DNA of 63,989 nucleotides, filler included, from Octopus bimaculoides (Eukaryota): assembly GCF_001194135.2 (NCBI RefSeq). It is 7 parts of 7 records of this genome, joined end to end, with 100 filler letters (N's around TTAATTAATTAA, not from the genome) between each part and the next. Parts side by side here need not be neighbours in the genome. Positions count along the whole stretch, not along the records: positions 39,435 to 46,927 come from NC_068981.1; positions 47,028 to 57,640 come from NC_068990.1; 5 more parts are not named here. One strand, given 5' to 3'. Below are positions 39,905 to 50,838 of this stretch, piece by piece. Made by a program: the position numbers and the translations under genes. The notes beneath the pieces were generated by a model that had not been told where the DNA came from, made no database searches, and saw only the letters and a program-made list of their open reading frames with translations. Position 1 is the first letter of the stretch. Each line of letters starts with the position of its first letter.

Positions 39905-40500
39905 GTATAACAGAACCAGCTCACGAAACAAGCCTTTCTTAGAACCTTTTGATCATGTGATTGCCATCAACCAATCACACTGTTTTTAGAGGGAAAGCAA
40001 TTCTAAGCTACCCTTTTCCCAAAAAACAGAACTATCTTTTGATCACGTGACTGTCATCAACCAACCACATTGTTTTTTTTTAAAAGAAGGCAACTTTCAG
40101 CCACCATTTGTATATAAAACAGTAGTAAGTATTAAATTCCATCCTGATGGGAGGCCCTACAACCAGATCCGAAAACTATAAATGGTCTGTTATTTCTCTA
40201 CTCACCGTTTTTCAATTTAAGTTGCTGCAAACAATTATGGTTTCTGATCAAAGTGAGACTAAACATTTTAGCACCTACTGATTGACAAATCAGACACGTT
40301 TTATCTTCTTGTCGAAAACTCTATTACTTGATTTGGATATATTTATGTAAACTAATTTTTATCTTCTTATCAGTGTAAAAAGTTTTATTACCTCCTCTGA
40401 ATGTTTTTATATAAACTATCTTTTGACTCATCACAGAGGATACACAATGCCTCACACTTTATTTTTGAAAATCTTTTTAAATAAGTGAAACCGGTTAAGT
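39905..40500 (+). mobile_element. Possible Penelope-type pseudo-LTR remnant containing a hammerhead-like motif
   Basis: Direct repeat tttgatca(t/c)gtga(t/c)tg(c/t)catcaaccaa at ~39949 and ~40037; TATATAA followed by CCATC-CTGATGG...TCC-GAAA...ATGG at 40139-40185. Confidence 0.35.
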
Positions 40501-40544
40501 TAATAAATACTTTTAAAAGGCTCCTGTATTTTCAAATTCTTTTC

Positions 40545-40629
<85 letters not shown>

Positions 40630-40630
<1 letters not shown>

Positions 40631-42700
40631 ACTGCCTAAACTCATACTTGTATCAGTTGCTTTAATGGGCTGTAATTATAGTTTCTCAGTTAGCCTTATC
40701 CGTTCCATTTTCTTACAATAAGTGCTGAAGAAGTGAGTTACATAATCCAGTTTCCTCAATAATTGCAGATTGTCGTATCTGTGAATTTCTTATTGGCTGG
40801 ACATAGATGTTTGTTTCTTCTTTGCGTCAACGTTTGCGGAACAACTGATTGCTGCTTTTTTCACTCTTTCTCGGTTTCGAATAGTTATGGTTGTCCGTTT
40901 CGCTTGGATATTACAGAGGTTTTGACAGAAACATGTTGCCAGTGTTCTTTCGTATTATGGGCGAATATGCCCATGACATCATTGTAACATCTTATTTTAT
41001 TATCATCACAAATCCTTTCTTTACGGATTGTCTTGTATAATAATTTGGTTACTACATCATGACTCATAGGTAAATTGTATTGCAGTTACAGCTTAAGCTG
41101 TGAGACACATCTGAGTGCTTTTATTATTTTTTTTATTGCATAACTATTCCTTCTGTGCATCAAGTATTTCTTGTTTCTGAATTAGAAAAAAAATAAATCT
41201 TATTCTTCAAAGTTAGAGAGCTAATATTACGTTTGTTATTTCGAGATGGCCTAATCTTGTTATTTACACTTCATATGAAAGTGTTCAGGCAACAAAGCCA
41301 TGAATGAACTTCAAGTGATAAGGAAAAATACCCATCGTGTGATGGTCTGTTGCAATGGAATTGTGAAACTTCCCTCAATACATACCATTGATAATCAGAA
41401 TGCTTTCTCAATATCACCTTTTCAAATCTCATCTTATTATTTGTTTTATGCGTGCAAATTTGAACAATGGGTGCACTTCGACAACTGATGCCTAAATTTC
41501 GTCGATCAGATAGGATGTGGCATTGAAAAGCAATGTGAATCAATCGTTGTTTTCTTTCCTCGCTTACTTTCAGGCAGAGGCTGTCATTATCATTAATGAT
41601 ATAGTAATTTCTAGTAGCGATTACTTGTGTTCGGGTTTTAAAATCAATGACAGGAATCCCATCTAGTATGCTATCAAGTAGCCTAAATGGTAGCATGAAA
41701 GCTAATGATTCACCCTGTGGACCATTGATTTGTTGTATGAAGAAACTTTAAGAGGCACATAATTTTCAGCAGAGTGTAATGAGTTGTGGTTATGCGTTTT
41801 TATTACAAGTTTACACCATAGGAAATATCTTCATCCACTCTTTGGCACCTGTTGTAGAATTCCGTGTAGTGTACTGAAAAAAATAGTCAGGTCAAAGAAA
41901 GAGAGGTTGCATGAGTAGAGTTTCTCCGCCTGGTTACAATCAAGTTGAAACATCAATCAAGACGAACTTCATTCATATACCACTTGCAAATTGCTGTAAC
42001 TAAGTTCAGATTTTTCTTCAAAAATTCGTATTTTTTTGCCATATATTTTGAGGCCAGTCAACGTGAGAATTTGAAGTTTCTCTCTTTCTACGAGCTAATG
42101 ACATGCGTTAAGACTTCCTCAAGGAAAACGGATAATGAGGATCGCCGAAATTGTAAACAGCATCACAAAGACACTGCTTCCTTGAAATATAACCTTGTGA
42201 TGTTTTATGCAACTGGTGTAGTACAATTCTTTCCTCTATTTAGATTTAATGCAGTAACCCAGGAGGAAGCTGAGTTATCAACGGTTTTGGTTATAGTCAC
42301 TTGAACGCTAACAAGTAGAAAAGCCTTGAATGCATTCTCGTAATTCAACCAGACTACAACAGAATTGCTTCAGACATCACGAAGTTGTTATTTCTTTTAT
42401 TTAGAATTACTCAGTACATTCTTAAACTTGTTTCCTCAAGCTGTCATCTCCTTGACCTTGAGAAAATAGATTGAAACAGGTTGTATACATTATATTCCCG
42501 CATACAATTCGCATGGAGATCTTTGCCATATGAATGGATTTGTCTGGCCTCAAACTTATTTCTGTCAATGCCAGCCAGTTTGGTATAAAACATCTTTACT
42601 GAGGAATAAGTATTAAAGGTCGATGAGATACGAGCAATGAAAAGCGTTGTATACTTTTCCTTATTTTTCTTTCTTTCCTTATTTATTTTGTAAAACTAGT
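40630..42700 (-). mobile_element. Decayed REL-type (R4-like) non-LTR retrotransposon
   Basis: VWLNYENAFK (cf. VWLDYxKAFD), KVIFQGSSVFVMLF (cf. GIFQGDSLS), GLKIYG, LPMSHDVVTKLLY (cf. RHDxV), EHWQHVSVKT, and a KL*LQPIKAT C-terminus. Confidence 0.65.
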
Positions 42701-42961
42701 CGGCAATCATGTTTCATGGTGCCTTCCTATCCTAACGTTTGTCTATCAATAATATTATCATTGACGTTAAATGCATTTGTTTTAATATAGGATCATTACT
42801 TTTTTCGGATTTCTTCTAGCTACCATAAACTGGGTCCTACCTAGTAACACTTTTTTCCAGAATTAATCCATTTCTTTCTGAGGCGATACCTCAATGCACA
42901 TATGTATGTATGCATGCATGTAATATATGCATACTTAGATATATGTATTTATGAATGTTTA

Positions 42962-43330
42962 TGGAGGCGCAATGGCCCAGTGGTTAGAGGAGCAGACTTA
43001 CGGTGGTAGGATCGCGGTTTCGATTCCCAGACCAGGCGTTGTGAGTGTTTATTGAGCGAAAACACCAAAAGCTCGGCAGGGGGTGGTGGCAAACCCTGCT
43101 GTACTCTTTCACCACTGCTTTCTCTCACTCTTTCTTCCTGTTTCCGTTATACCTGTATTTCAAAGGGACAGCATTGTCACACTCTGTATCACGCTGAATC
43201 TCATCGAGAACTACATTAAGGGTACACATGTCTGTGGAATGCTCAGCCACTTGCACGTTAATTTTACGAGCAGACTGTTCCGTAGATCAGATCAACTGGA
43301 GCGCTCATTGTCGTAACCGACGGAGTGCTA
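42962..43330 (+). mobile_element. tRNA-headed SINE family D
   Basis: tggcccagtggttag (A box) and ggtttcgattccc (B box). A head fragment recurs at ~37613-37645. Confidence 0.8.
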
Positions 43331-43878
43331 CGATGTATGTATGTATGTATGTATGTATGCCTGCGTGCCTGTCTGTATGTAATTATTCAGTTTTATTTCA
43401 AGATTTCTTGCCAATAGAGAAAGAACTGGTTTCTAACCTAGATCCACGGCTCCTTCATTGGAATTTCAACATCAACAAAAGGGTATTTTTGTATGTGTGT
43501 ATGTGTATATGTATGTATGTATGTATGTATGTGTACGTGCAGATTTGTATATTTTGCTTTGCGTATGTCTTCCAATATATTTACATATCTAGACATGCTC
43601 ATATAGACTTACATGATAAACTTCTGGAAAGTTTTATCGATTTTACAATACCAGCGATGGCTTGGATCTGTAGTCTTCCAATTAACTTTCTCCTTTCTGG
43701 TTTTGAGAAGCCTAATTTCTCAACATTGGCATTTAAGCAGTGTGTTACACATCTCAGTGTCCCCATAATTACAGGTATAAACCTGAACTTATAATCTGGA
43801 TTGAGTCACTGCAGATTTCTCAATAGTTCAGCGAAAGTATTCTCTTTTTCACTGATCTTATATCAACATTATCTTAAC

Positions 43879-43909
<31 letters not shown>

Positions 43910-45299
43910 TGTATGTATGTATGCATGTATGTATGTATGTATGCATGTATGTATGCATGTATGTATGTACGTATGTACGTACGCACGCACGTAGTAGTAC
44001 CTATGTACGTAAGTACGCTTGTATGTATATATGGTTGTATGTACCTATGTATGTGTGTGTATATATGTATGAATTCATGCATATGCATATGTAGGTGTAA
44101 CTAAGTACTTGCAAAATGTGTGAATATGGGTGTGTGTAAAAGTAATGAGGCAGAGACAAAACACACTCATATACGGGTTTATAAGTTTGTGTACATATAC
44201 ATATCTGCGTGTTTATATACACATGTAAAGAGGTAGTGGCATGCGTGTGTAAAAGTGCGAATGAAACTAACATCTGTTTTAGATATAATAGACAGTACGC
44301 GCAAGTTTGAATAAGAGTTTGCTACACACACACACACTCTTTCTCTCTCTCTCTCTCTCTCTNNNNNNNNNNNNNNNNNNNNNNNNNNNNNNNNNNNNNN
44401 NNNNNNNNNNNNNNNNNNNNNNNNNNNNNNNNNNNNNNNNNNNNNNNNNNNNNNNNNNNNNNNNNNNNNNNNNNNNNNNNNNNNNNNNNNNNNNNNNNNN
44501 NNNNNNNNNNNNNNNNNNNNNNNNNNNNNNNNNNNNNNNNNNNNNNNNNNNNNNNNNNNNNNNNNNNNNNNNNNNNNNNNNNNNNNNNNNNNNNNNNNNN
44601 NNNNNNNNNNNNNNNNNNNNNNNNNNNNNNNNNNNNNNNNNNNNNNNNNNNNNNNNNNNNNNNNNNNNNNNNNNNNNNNNNNNNNNNNNNNNNNNNNNNN
44701 NNNNNNNNNNNNNNNNNNNNNNNNNNNNNNNNNNNNNNNNNNNNNNNNNNNNNNNNNNNNNNNNNNNNNNNNNNNNNNNNNNNNNNNNNNNNNNNNNNNN
44801 NNNNNNNNNNNNNNNNNNNNNNNNNNNNNNNNNNNNNNNNNNNNNNNNNNNNNNNNNNNNNNNNNNNNNNNNNNNNNNNNNNNNNNNNNNNNNNNNNNNN
44901 NNNNNNNNNNNNNNNNNNNNNNNNNNNNNNNNNNNNNNNNNNNNNNNNNNNNNNNNNNNNNNNNNNNNNNNNNNNNNNNNNNNNNNNNNNNNNNNNNNNN
45001 NNNNNNNNNNNNNNNNNNNNNNNNNNNNNNNNNNNNNNNNNNNNNNNNNNNNNNNNNNNNNNNNNNNNNNNNNNNNNNNNNNNNNNNNNNTATATATGCA
45101 TATATTTAACTATATAAATATATATATAATTTACATGCACACACACATATATCCGTATATGTATATATATATATATATAACAAAAGAGGTGGGGTGTTTC
45201 CACGCAGGAAAAATATAGGCCAATTTGTTGTTGAAAATGCACCTAAATTTGGGAAACTTGTAATTTGTTTAAAATACATTTAATTACATATATACCAAA

Positions 45300-46470
45300 C
45301 TAGTTTCAACAATATTTTTTGTTTATCAATAGTAAAAGTAAAGAATTATGAATTAGAAAAAACATCTTTAAAAGTTTCGCTGTTGACAAGTTTACATGTT
45401 CATAGCAGTCAATAATATTAAAACTGTATATCAATTTGTTTGAATGTACAAAGCTCATTAATGTTATTCGTGATCGACAAGAAATGAATATCATCAAAGC
45501 CTCACTCATACTCGGTTAAGATGAAAAAAAACAAGGCAGAAAGGAAGAGAGCAAAAAAAGGGAATTTGGTTTACAGTTTCTCTGATCCTCTTTCCGTAGG
45601 AGCTTTCGTTTGTAGCGGTATGTTTTGGAATCAGGTGTATTTACAATTTTTTCCGCGAGCGGATCTGATTTTTGATTCGTTAAAGTCCTGGTGACATCTA
45701 GTTTTTCCGGTGGTCAAGTTTGTCGTTCTGTCTGGTTGGCTTCCCTGTGGGAAACGATCATCAGTCGTTCCGGTTGGTTGATCCTATTAAAGGATCGTTT
45801 CGTTGTATTTGCTGAAGTTCGGTTTTGATTTGGTCTAGAAGTTAGGCGACATCGGCCACTGGTGTTTGTAAAATTTCATTGGTCTAGAGGTAGATGACGC
45901 CAGCAACTGGTGTTTGTATGGTGATTTGGAGTTGCGGTTTCGAAACCTGGCTGGAAGACTGTTACTAAAGTTTTTAAAATTGTTTGTTGTTCCTGGTTGT
46001 TTTTTTTTTTTGCGGAGAAATTGAGTTTTTTCCGTTTTCTCTTTACTGTTTTCCTTCTTTCTAAAGGATATTCAGCGGTGGCTTATATTTTTTAATGAGT
46101 ATGCTTTCCTTATTTAAATAGAATTAGGTTGAAGTGTTTCCAGTGCATTGATAGAGAGGGAAGGTTTGGTCTATGGGGCATTGGTCTAGGTGGTTGCTTA
46201 CGGGAATTTTCCTAGTCGTGGGGTCCCGGATTTGTTGCTTGTGCACCGTAAGTCTATCCCTCAAAATTAAGCTAGTTTGACCTATGTAGTCCCCACCACA
46301 CCCTCCACATTTTAGAACATAGATTAAATTCTTCGAAGCACAGGTGAAGTGATTTTTTTATGCTAAAAGTTTGACCTGACTTAAATTCGTATTTTGAGCC
46401 CTCTAAGAGGAAGATGCAAGTACCGCAGTTAGAGAGGTTGCATTGCTTGACTAGTGGGGTTGTATTTGAA
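45300..46470 (-). mobile_element. Penelope-like element 3' part: GIY-YIG endonuclease plus 3' UTR/pLTR
   Basis: KQCNLSNCGTC..FTCASKNLIYVLKCGGCGGDYIGQTS..RDRLTVHKQQI..KESILIKKYKPPLN (~46063-46470); 38-bp direct repeats near 45832 and 45881. Confidence 0.88.
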
Positions 46471-46592
46471 CAACTCTCAAAATTTAAAAACTTAATCAAC
46501 AGCATTAACCACAGTATCCAGTTCAAAATAGAATACAGTCACAAACAACTACCCTTCCTGGACATCTTAATCATAAGGAGTGATACTGAAGT
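46471..46592 (+). mobile_element. Penelope RT fragment, inverted relative to the GIY-YIG part
   Basis: FKNLINSINHSIQFKIEYSHKQLPFLDILI matches the PLE RT motif F..LN.I...I.F..E....LPFLD. Confidence 0.8.
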
Positions 46593-46912
46593 TGGCACGA
46601 GGAACATTCTAGTGAAGTTGAATATCTTATCTGGCCCCCACAGTCCCCAGATCTCAATAGTATTGAACATTTATGGTACATTTAGGAAAAAACAATTAAG
46701 GAGTCGATATCCTCCACTATCGCCACTACAAGAACTGGAGACTGATTTAGTTCAAGAATGGACAAAAATTCCTTCGGAAACAATTCAAACTTCGTACGAG
46801 TCCATAGCATGTAGAATTCAAGCTGTAATTACTGCCAAAAGCGGTCTTGCCCCGTATTAAAATAAATTTGTTTGAAATTTTAAGGTGTTTCCATTATTTT
46901 GTCCAACCCCTA
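46593..46912 (+). mobile_element. Tc1 transposon 3' fragment
   Basis: LIWPPQSPDLNSIEHLW, LQELET.LV.EW.KIP.ETIQT.YESI..RIQAVI.AK.G..PY*, then a TIR ending ttgtccaacccc followed by TA. Confidence 0.9.
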
Positions 46913-47027
46913 TATATATATATATATNNNNNNNNNNNNNNNNNNNNNNNNNNNNNNNNNNNNNNNNNNNNTTAATTAATTAANNNNNNNNNNNNNNNNN
47001 NNNNNNNNNNNNNNNNNNNNNNNNNNN

Positions 47028-47546
47028 GTTGTCATATGTGAGAAGAGTACAGCTATCAGCTGAATCGATTCTAAAAATCAACCCACCGGATTTCCTCAAG
47101 GATGAAGGTAAGAATTGTTTTCTCATAGTAGTAGCAATTGCGAAAGAGGTGATTTGGAAGTCGAGAATGAAAGATTTTGTGACAGACTGCTTCATATCTG
47201 GCCTTGACTTGGTAAATGTTTTTACGTTTCACCTGAAAAGAAAGGTGGGGATGGAGTGTGTTTCAAAAACGACGGACGTGTGTTGCACGCATGTTGGGAG
47301 TGAAAGGCCCTGCGTGAGCATGTCATAACGGAAATGTAAGGTGTCGGTTAAAAGGGCAGGGCTCGTGGGGTCGGAGCAAATCTGTCTTCTTTTAACCTCA
47401 TATTGTCCTCATTGTCTGTTAATGCTTTTTGTGCCCCATTCGATGTTATCATGTTTTCAAAATTTTAACTCATTCAATGCATGTGATCCCCAGATCATAT
47501 TGTACTGCCCCCTCTGTGTTCGTCCCTTATGGACAATAATAAAATC
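47028..47546 (+). mobile_element. Tx1/L1-like LINE: ORF2 C-terminus plus 3' UTR
   Basis: LSYVRRVQLSAESILKINPP..CFLIVVAIAKEVIWKSR, inferred to continue the zf-RVT domain seen at 61040-61598. Ends in a stem-loop followed by AATAATAAAAT. Confidence 0.7.
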
Positions 47547-47569
47547 TAACGAAGATAAAAGGTGTGATT

Positions 47570-47952
47570 AGAGTAAGATTGGAACCAGAATTGTTTGAAC
47601 CAGTGAGAAAGCAGTGTTGTTGAAAACAGAGAAGATACAAAAAATATGTGGAGCGTTCCCGGAATTAATTAACCATACGGATATATATGTTCGATATGAG
47701 AATCTACCCAGTGTGATTGTGAGAGAGGATCTGCTTGAACATATAACAGATGAATGATAAAAAAAAAAGGTAAGAGACTGTATAAAAGAACAGTAAAATG
47801 GAACTGCGATCTTTGTTGGGCTCGTAAGTCATTTCATCCTTTCATTATAAATATTCCATAACATATTCATTATTCGTTATATGTACCCTACGTTTTGTGT
47901 TGTCTGTCCTTGTAATGTTCATTCTATGTTGGGGCTTTATGCCTAAATAAAG
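47570..47952 (+). mobile_element. LINE 3' end (second family), homologous to 50570-50838
   Basis: Shared gaacagtaaaatg(g/a)aactgcga..gggctcgtaagtcatt(t/a)catcctttcatt..ttttgtgttgtct..cttgtaatgt block and a terminal hairpin plus AATAA. Tx1-like by its 3'-end similarity. Confidence 0.65.
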
Positions 47953-47959
47953 ATAGTGG

Positions 47960-49095
47960 TAGTAGACGAGTGGTGAGTTGTGAAAATTGATTTTTGAAAC
48001 TGTTATTGAAATTGTTGCTGTTGTCGTTGGATTTATTGATCGAACTATTGTTGAATTTGTTTTTTCTACCCATTGTTGGGCATGGAAGCTAGCAGCTATG
48101 TTGTGGTGGCGGGCTTTTGCCCGCCACCCAACATGTTGCAGCTAAGGCAAGTTGAGACGGAAGGAAGAGTTTTTAAGGAATACAACTGACTAATTGTGAA
48201 GGAGGGAGATTGCCTCCGCTTAACACCACCAGCCGACGTGTTACAAAGAGCGGAGGAAAAAAAGAATAGTTTACCGAACATTCAACACGGAAACCAAAAA
48301 GATTGAAGTAGCGGAAATCGAAGAAATTGAGGAATGTTTACAAGAGATTAAAGCAGTAACATTTTGCTCGAGAGGAAGGAAGTATGGCACAGTGGAGGTG
48401 CGCTTCGTTAACGAGGAGGAGGCAAAAAGGCACTCCACGAGGCCTTTGAGATCAACAAAGTGGGCACTCTTACCGACCTACTGCGGGAGACGTGCCGTCA
48501 GAGTTAGGATAGGGAGAGTTAGGATAAGATGGCGGAGGAGTTGGTGCTCCCCGATGGAACCCGACTGAGAGTCGTGGTAGAGGGGAGACCGCCAATATGC
48601 TACAACTGCAGAGGTAGGGGACACATGCAAGCAAGATGTCCCCAGAAACAAGGGCAGATGGAGGTGGTAGAAGCGAAGAGGGAAAAGGAGAAGGAAGCTG
48701 CGGTAGACAGGAAAAGAACGAGAATGAAGTCTCCACCAAAGAGTCCCAAGAAAAGAAAAGCGGAGACAAAGAAACAAGATACTGTGGAAAAAGATAGTAT
48801 GGAGATTGGAACGTAGGAACCAGAGCCAACAACAAACAGGAGGAAAAAACCGAAGAGCAAAGAGCGAGAGAGAAGAAGCTTGACGAGTGGAAGGAGAAAG
48901 TAAGGAGGAGGGAGGAATGTGTAGCACAAACAGGGCAGATTGCTGGACGAAATATAAGAACAATGTCAAGATACAATCAGGATATTGAGATCGAAAAGAG
49001 ATTAGCAAAAATGAAAAATCTAATAAGAGTCAAACTGAATTACGAGATGTTCCAACCCGATGAAAGAGCGATATTATTGGAGGAAGATAGAAAGG
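47960..49095 (+). mobile_element. Tx1/L1-like 5' region and ORF1 (RRM-like + CCHC knuckle), frameshifted
   Basis: GRKYGTVEVRFVNEEEAKRH..LLPTYCGRRAVRVRIGRV, then RLRVVVEGRPPICYNCRGRGHMQARCP (CX2CX4HX4C) and a charged tail. Confidence 0.8.
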
Positions 49096-49466
49096 AATGA
49101 CTGATGGGTTATTTGGAACCAGAATCAGACCTACCGGGATATATCCGTATATATATAAGATAAGATGTGTGTGTGTGTGTGTGTGTNNNNNNNNNNNNNN
49201 NNNNNNNNNNNNNNNNNNNNNNNNNNNNNNNNNNNNNNNNNNNNNNNNNNNNNNNNNNNNNNNNNNNNNNNNNNNNNNNNNNNNNNNNNNNNNNNNNNNN
49301 NNNNNNNNNNNNNNNNNNNNNNNNNNNNNNNNNNNNNNNNNNNNNNNNNNNNNNNNNNNNNNNNNNNNNNNNNNNNNNNNNNNNNNNNNNNNNNNNNNNN
49401 NNNNNNNNNNNNNNNNNNNNNNNNNNNNNNNNNNNNNNNNNNNNNNNNNNNNNNNNNNNNNNNNNN

Positions 49467-49516
<50 letters not shown>

Positions 49517-49546
49517 AATAGTGTGTTTGTGACAGGGGGAGCTACA

Positions 49547-49745
49547 GAGTGTTTGCTAGCGTCTAACAAAAAATGGAAACAAAAAGTGGGAAAGGGAGAC
49601 AGAAAGCGTCTAAGGAAAGAAAATTTCTCTAACCAAGACAGAGTTTGTTTGCCAGCGTCTAACAAAAAAAAAGGAACGAAAAAGTGGAAGAGGGAGACAG
49701 AAAGCGTCTAACGAAAGAAAATGTAGGTAAGGAAGACAGAGTAAG
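49547..49745. repeat. ~95-bp tandem duplication
   Basis: gagt(g/t)tttgc(t/c)agcgtctaacaaaaa..gggagacagaaagcgtctaa(g/c)gaaagaaaat occurs twice. Confidence 0.85.
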
Positions 49746-49814
49746 TGTAAAATGTAAAATGATTTTTTTTCTTAACATGAGATATAGTTTCAAGTATAGG
49801 ATGTTTTTGAAAGA

Positions 49815-50566
49815 CACTATATTCTATAATGAGATTATATACACTTTATCACACAATAATTAAAATATATTTATTTTAAATCATTTATTTATTTTAAATC
49901 GTTCATCTTTCTCCCCCTCTCACTCTCACACACACGCACATATACTACTTTGGGAACGAAAGAGTTTTGTTCATATTTCACAACAACTATGAAACAAAAA
50001 GGTATGTAACAATTTGTCAGTTACCCTCCCCCAACCTGTTTTTCGGACCACAAAAAGGGTTTGGTAATTTTTCAGATTAACACCCGTACGATTTCCACTA
50101 GGGTGTTACGGTTAGGGTTTTAGGCTTTAGGGTTAAGGTTAGTGTTAGTGTTAGTGTTAGGGCTAGGATTAGGGTTGGTGTTAGGGTTACGGTTTTAGGG
50201 TCAGGGTTGGGGTTAGGGTTAGGGTTAGAGTTAATCTAGAAGGGACAGGCCCCTTATTTTTTGGTTAAGGCTGTTGGTAAGTTTTCCTAAGTTACTCCAA
50301 TCCAGATCCCCAGTGCAAACCTTCAGATCAACCTTCTCCTATGCAGATCTAATGCAACTTTAAAAAAAAACAGTCAATGAGTGGAAAAAACCAATAAACT
50401 GATTCCTTATTGGATTTCTCAATCCAGCAAACCATTTTCAGCCAAACCAATTTCAACGGATTTCACTCAAATCTGATGTCGATGTTACTTATTTTGGTTT
50501 GAAATAAAGCACTTGATCGCTTAATAATCCAGCTTAATCCCGGGCAGCGCCGGGCTATACTGCTAG
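49815..50566 (+). mobile_element. Non-autonomous Helitron with an internal degenerate (TTAGGG)n tract
   Basis: 3' hairpin CCCGG-GCAGCG-CCGGG (50539-50554), then CTAG|T (50563-50566). The 5' end is only tentative. Confidence 0.7.
50100..50232 (+). repeat. Interstitial degenerate telomere-like (TTAGGG)n
   Basis: About 20 variant hexamers (ttaggg, ttagtg, ttacgg, tcaggg). Confidence 0.9.
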
Positions 50567-50569
50567 TAT

Positions 50570-50838
50570 ACAATATGACAGTTTACCCATTGTGATGGAA
50601 TTAGAGAACCTCAAGGAATACATAACAGACAAAAGAGACTGATAATTAATATGTATAATTAGAACAGTAAAATGAAACTGCGAACTTCAGTGGGGGAGGG
50701 CTCGTAAGTCATTACATCCTTTCATTGTTAAATATTTCATTTCGTAATTCATCATTGGTTTTATGTACCTCACATTTTGTGTTGTCTATACTTGTAATGT
50801 CCCCTCTTTTTAAGGCTATATGCCGCAATAATGAAATC
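50570..50838 (+). mobile_element. LINE 3' end, homologous to 47690-47952
   Basis: Direct similarity within the window. Confidence 0.65.

Noticed and set aside
42962-43035. tRNA genes at the SINE heads (also 13523, 36847, 52996)
   Set aside because: A/B-box-like motifs are present, but there is no convincing cloverleaf and each continues into a repeated SINE body.
45370-45500. Hammerhead expected in the Penelope 3' region
   Set aside because: Only partial motifs (TTGATGA..GAAT; ..AGCGAAAC; CTGATGA at ~45768 without GAAA) that do not assemble into a core.
50100-50232. True telomere or chromosome fusion site
   Set aside because: Short, degenerate, in a single orientation, and embedded in an apparent Helitron.
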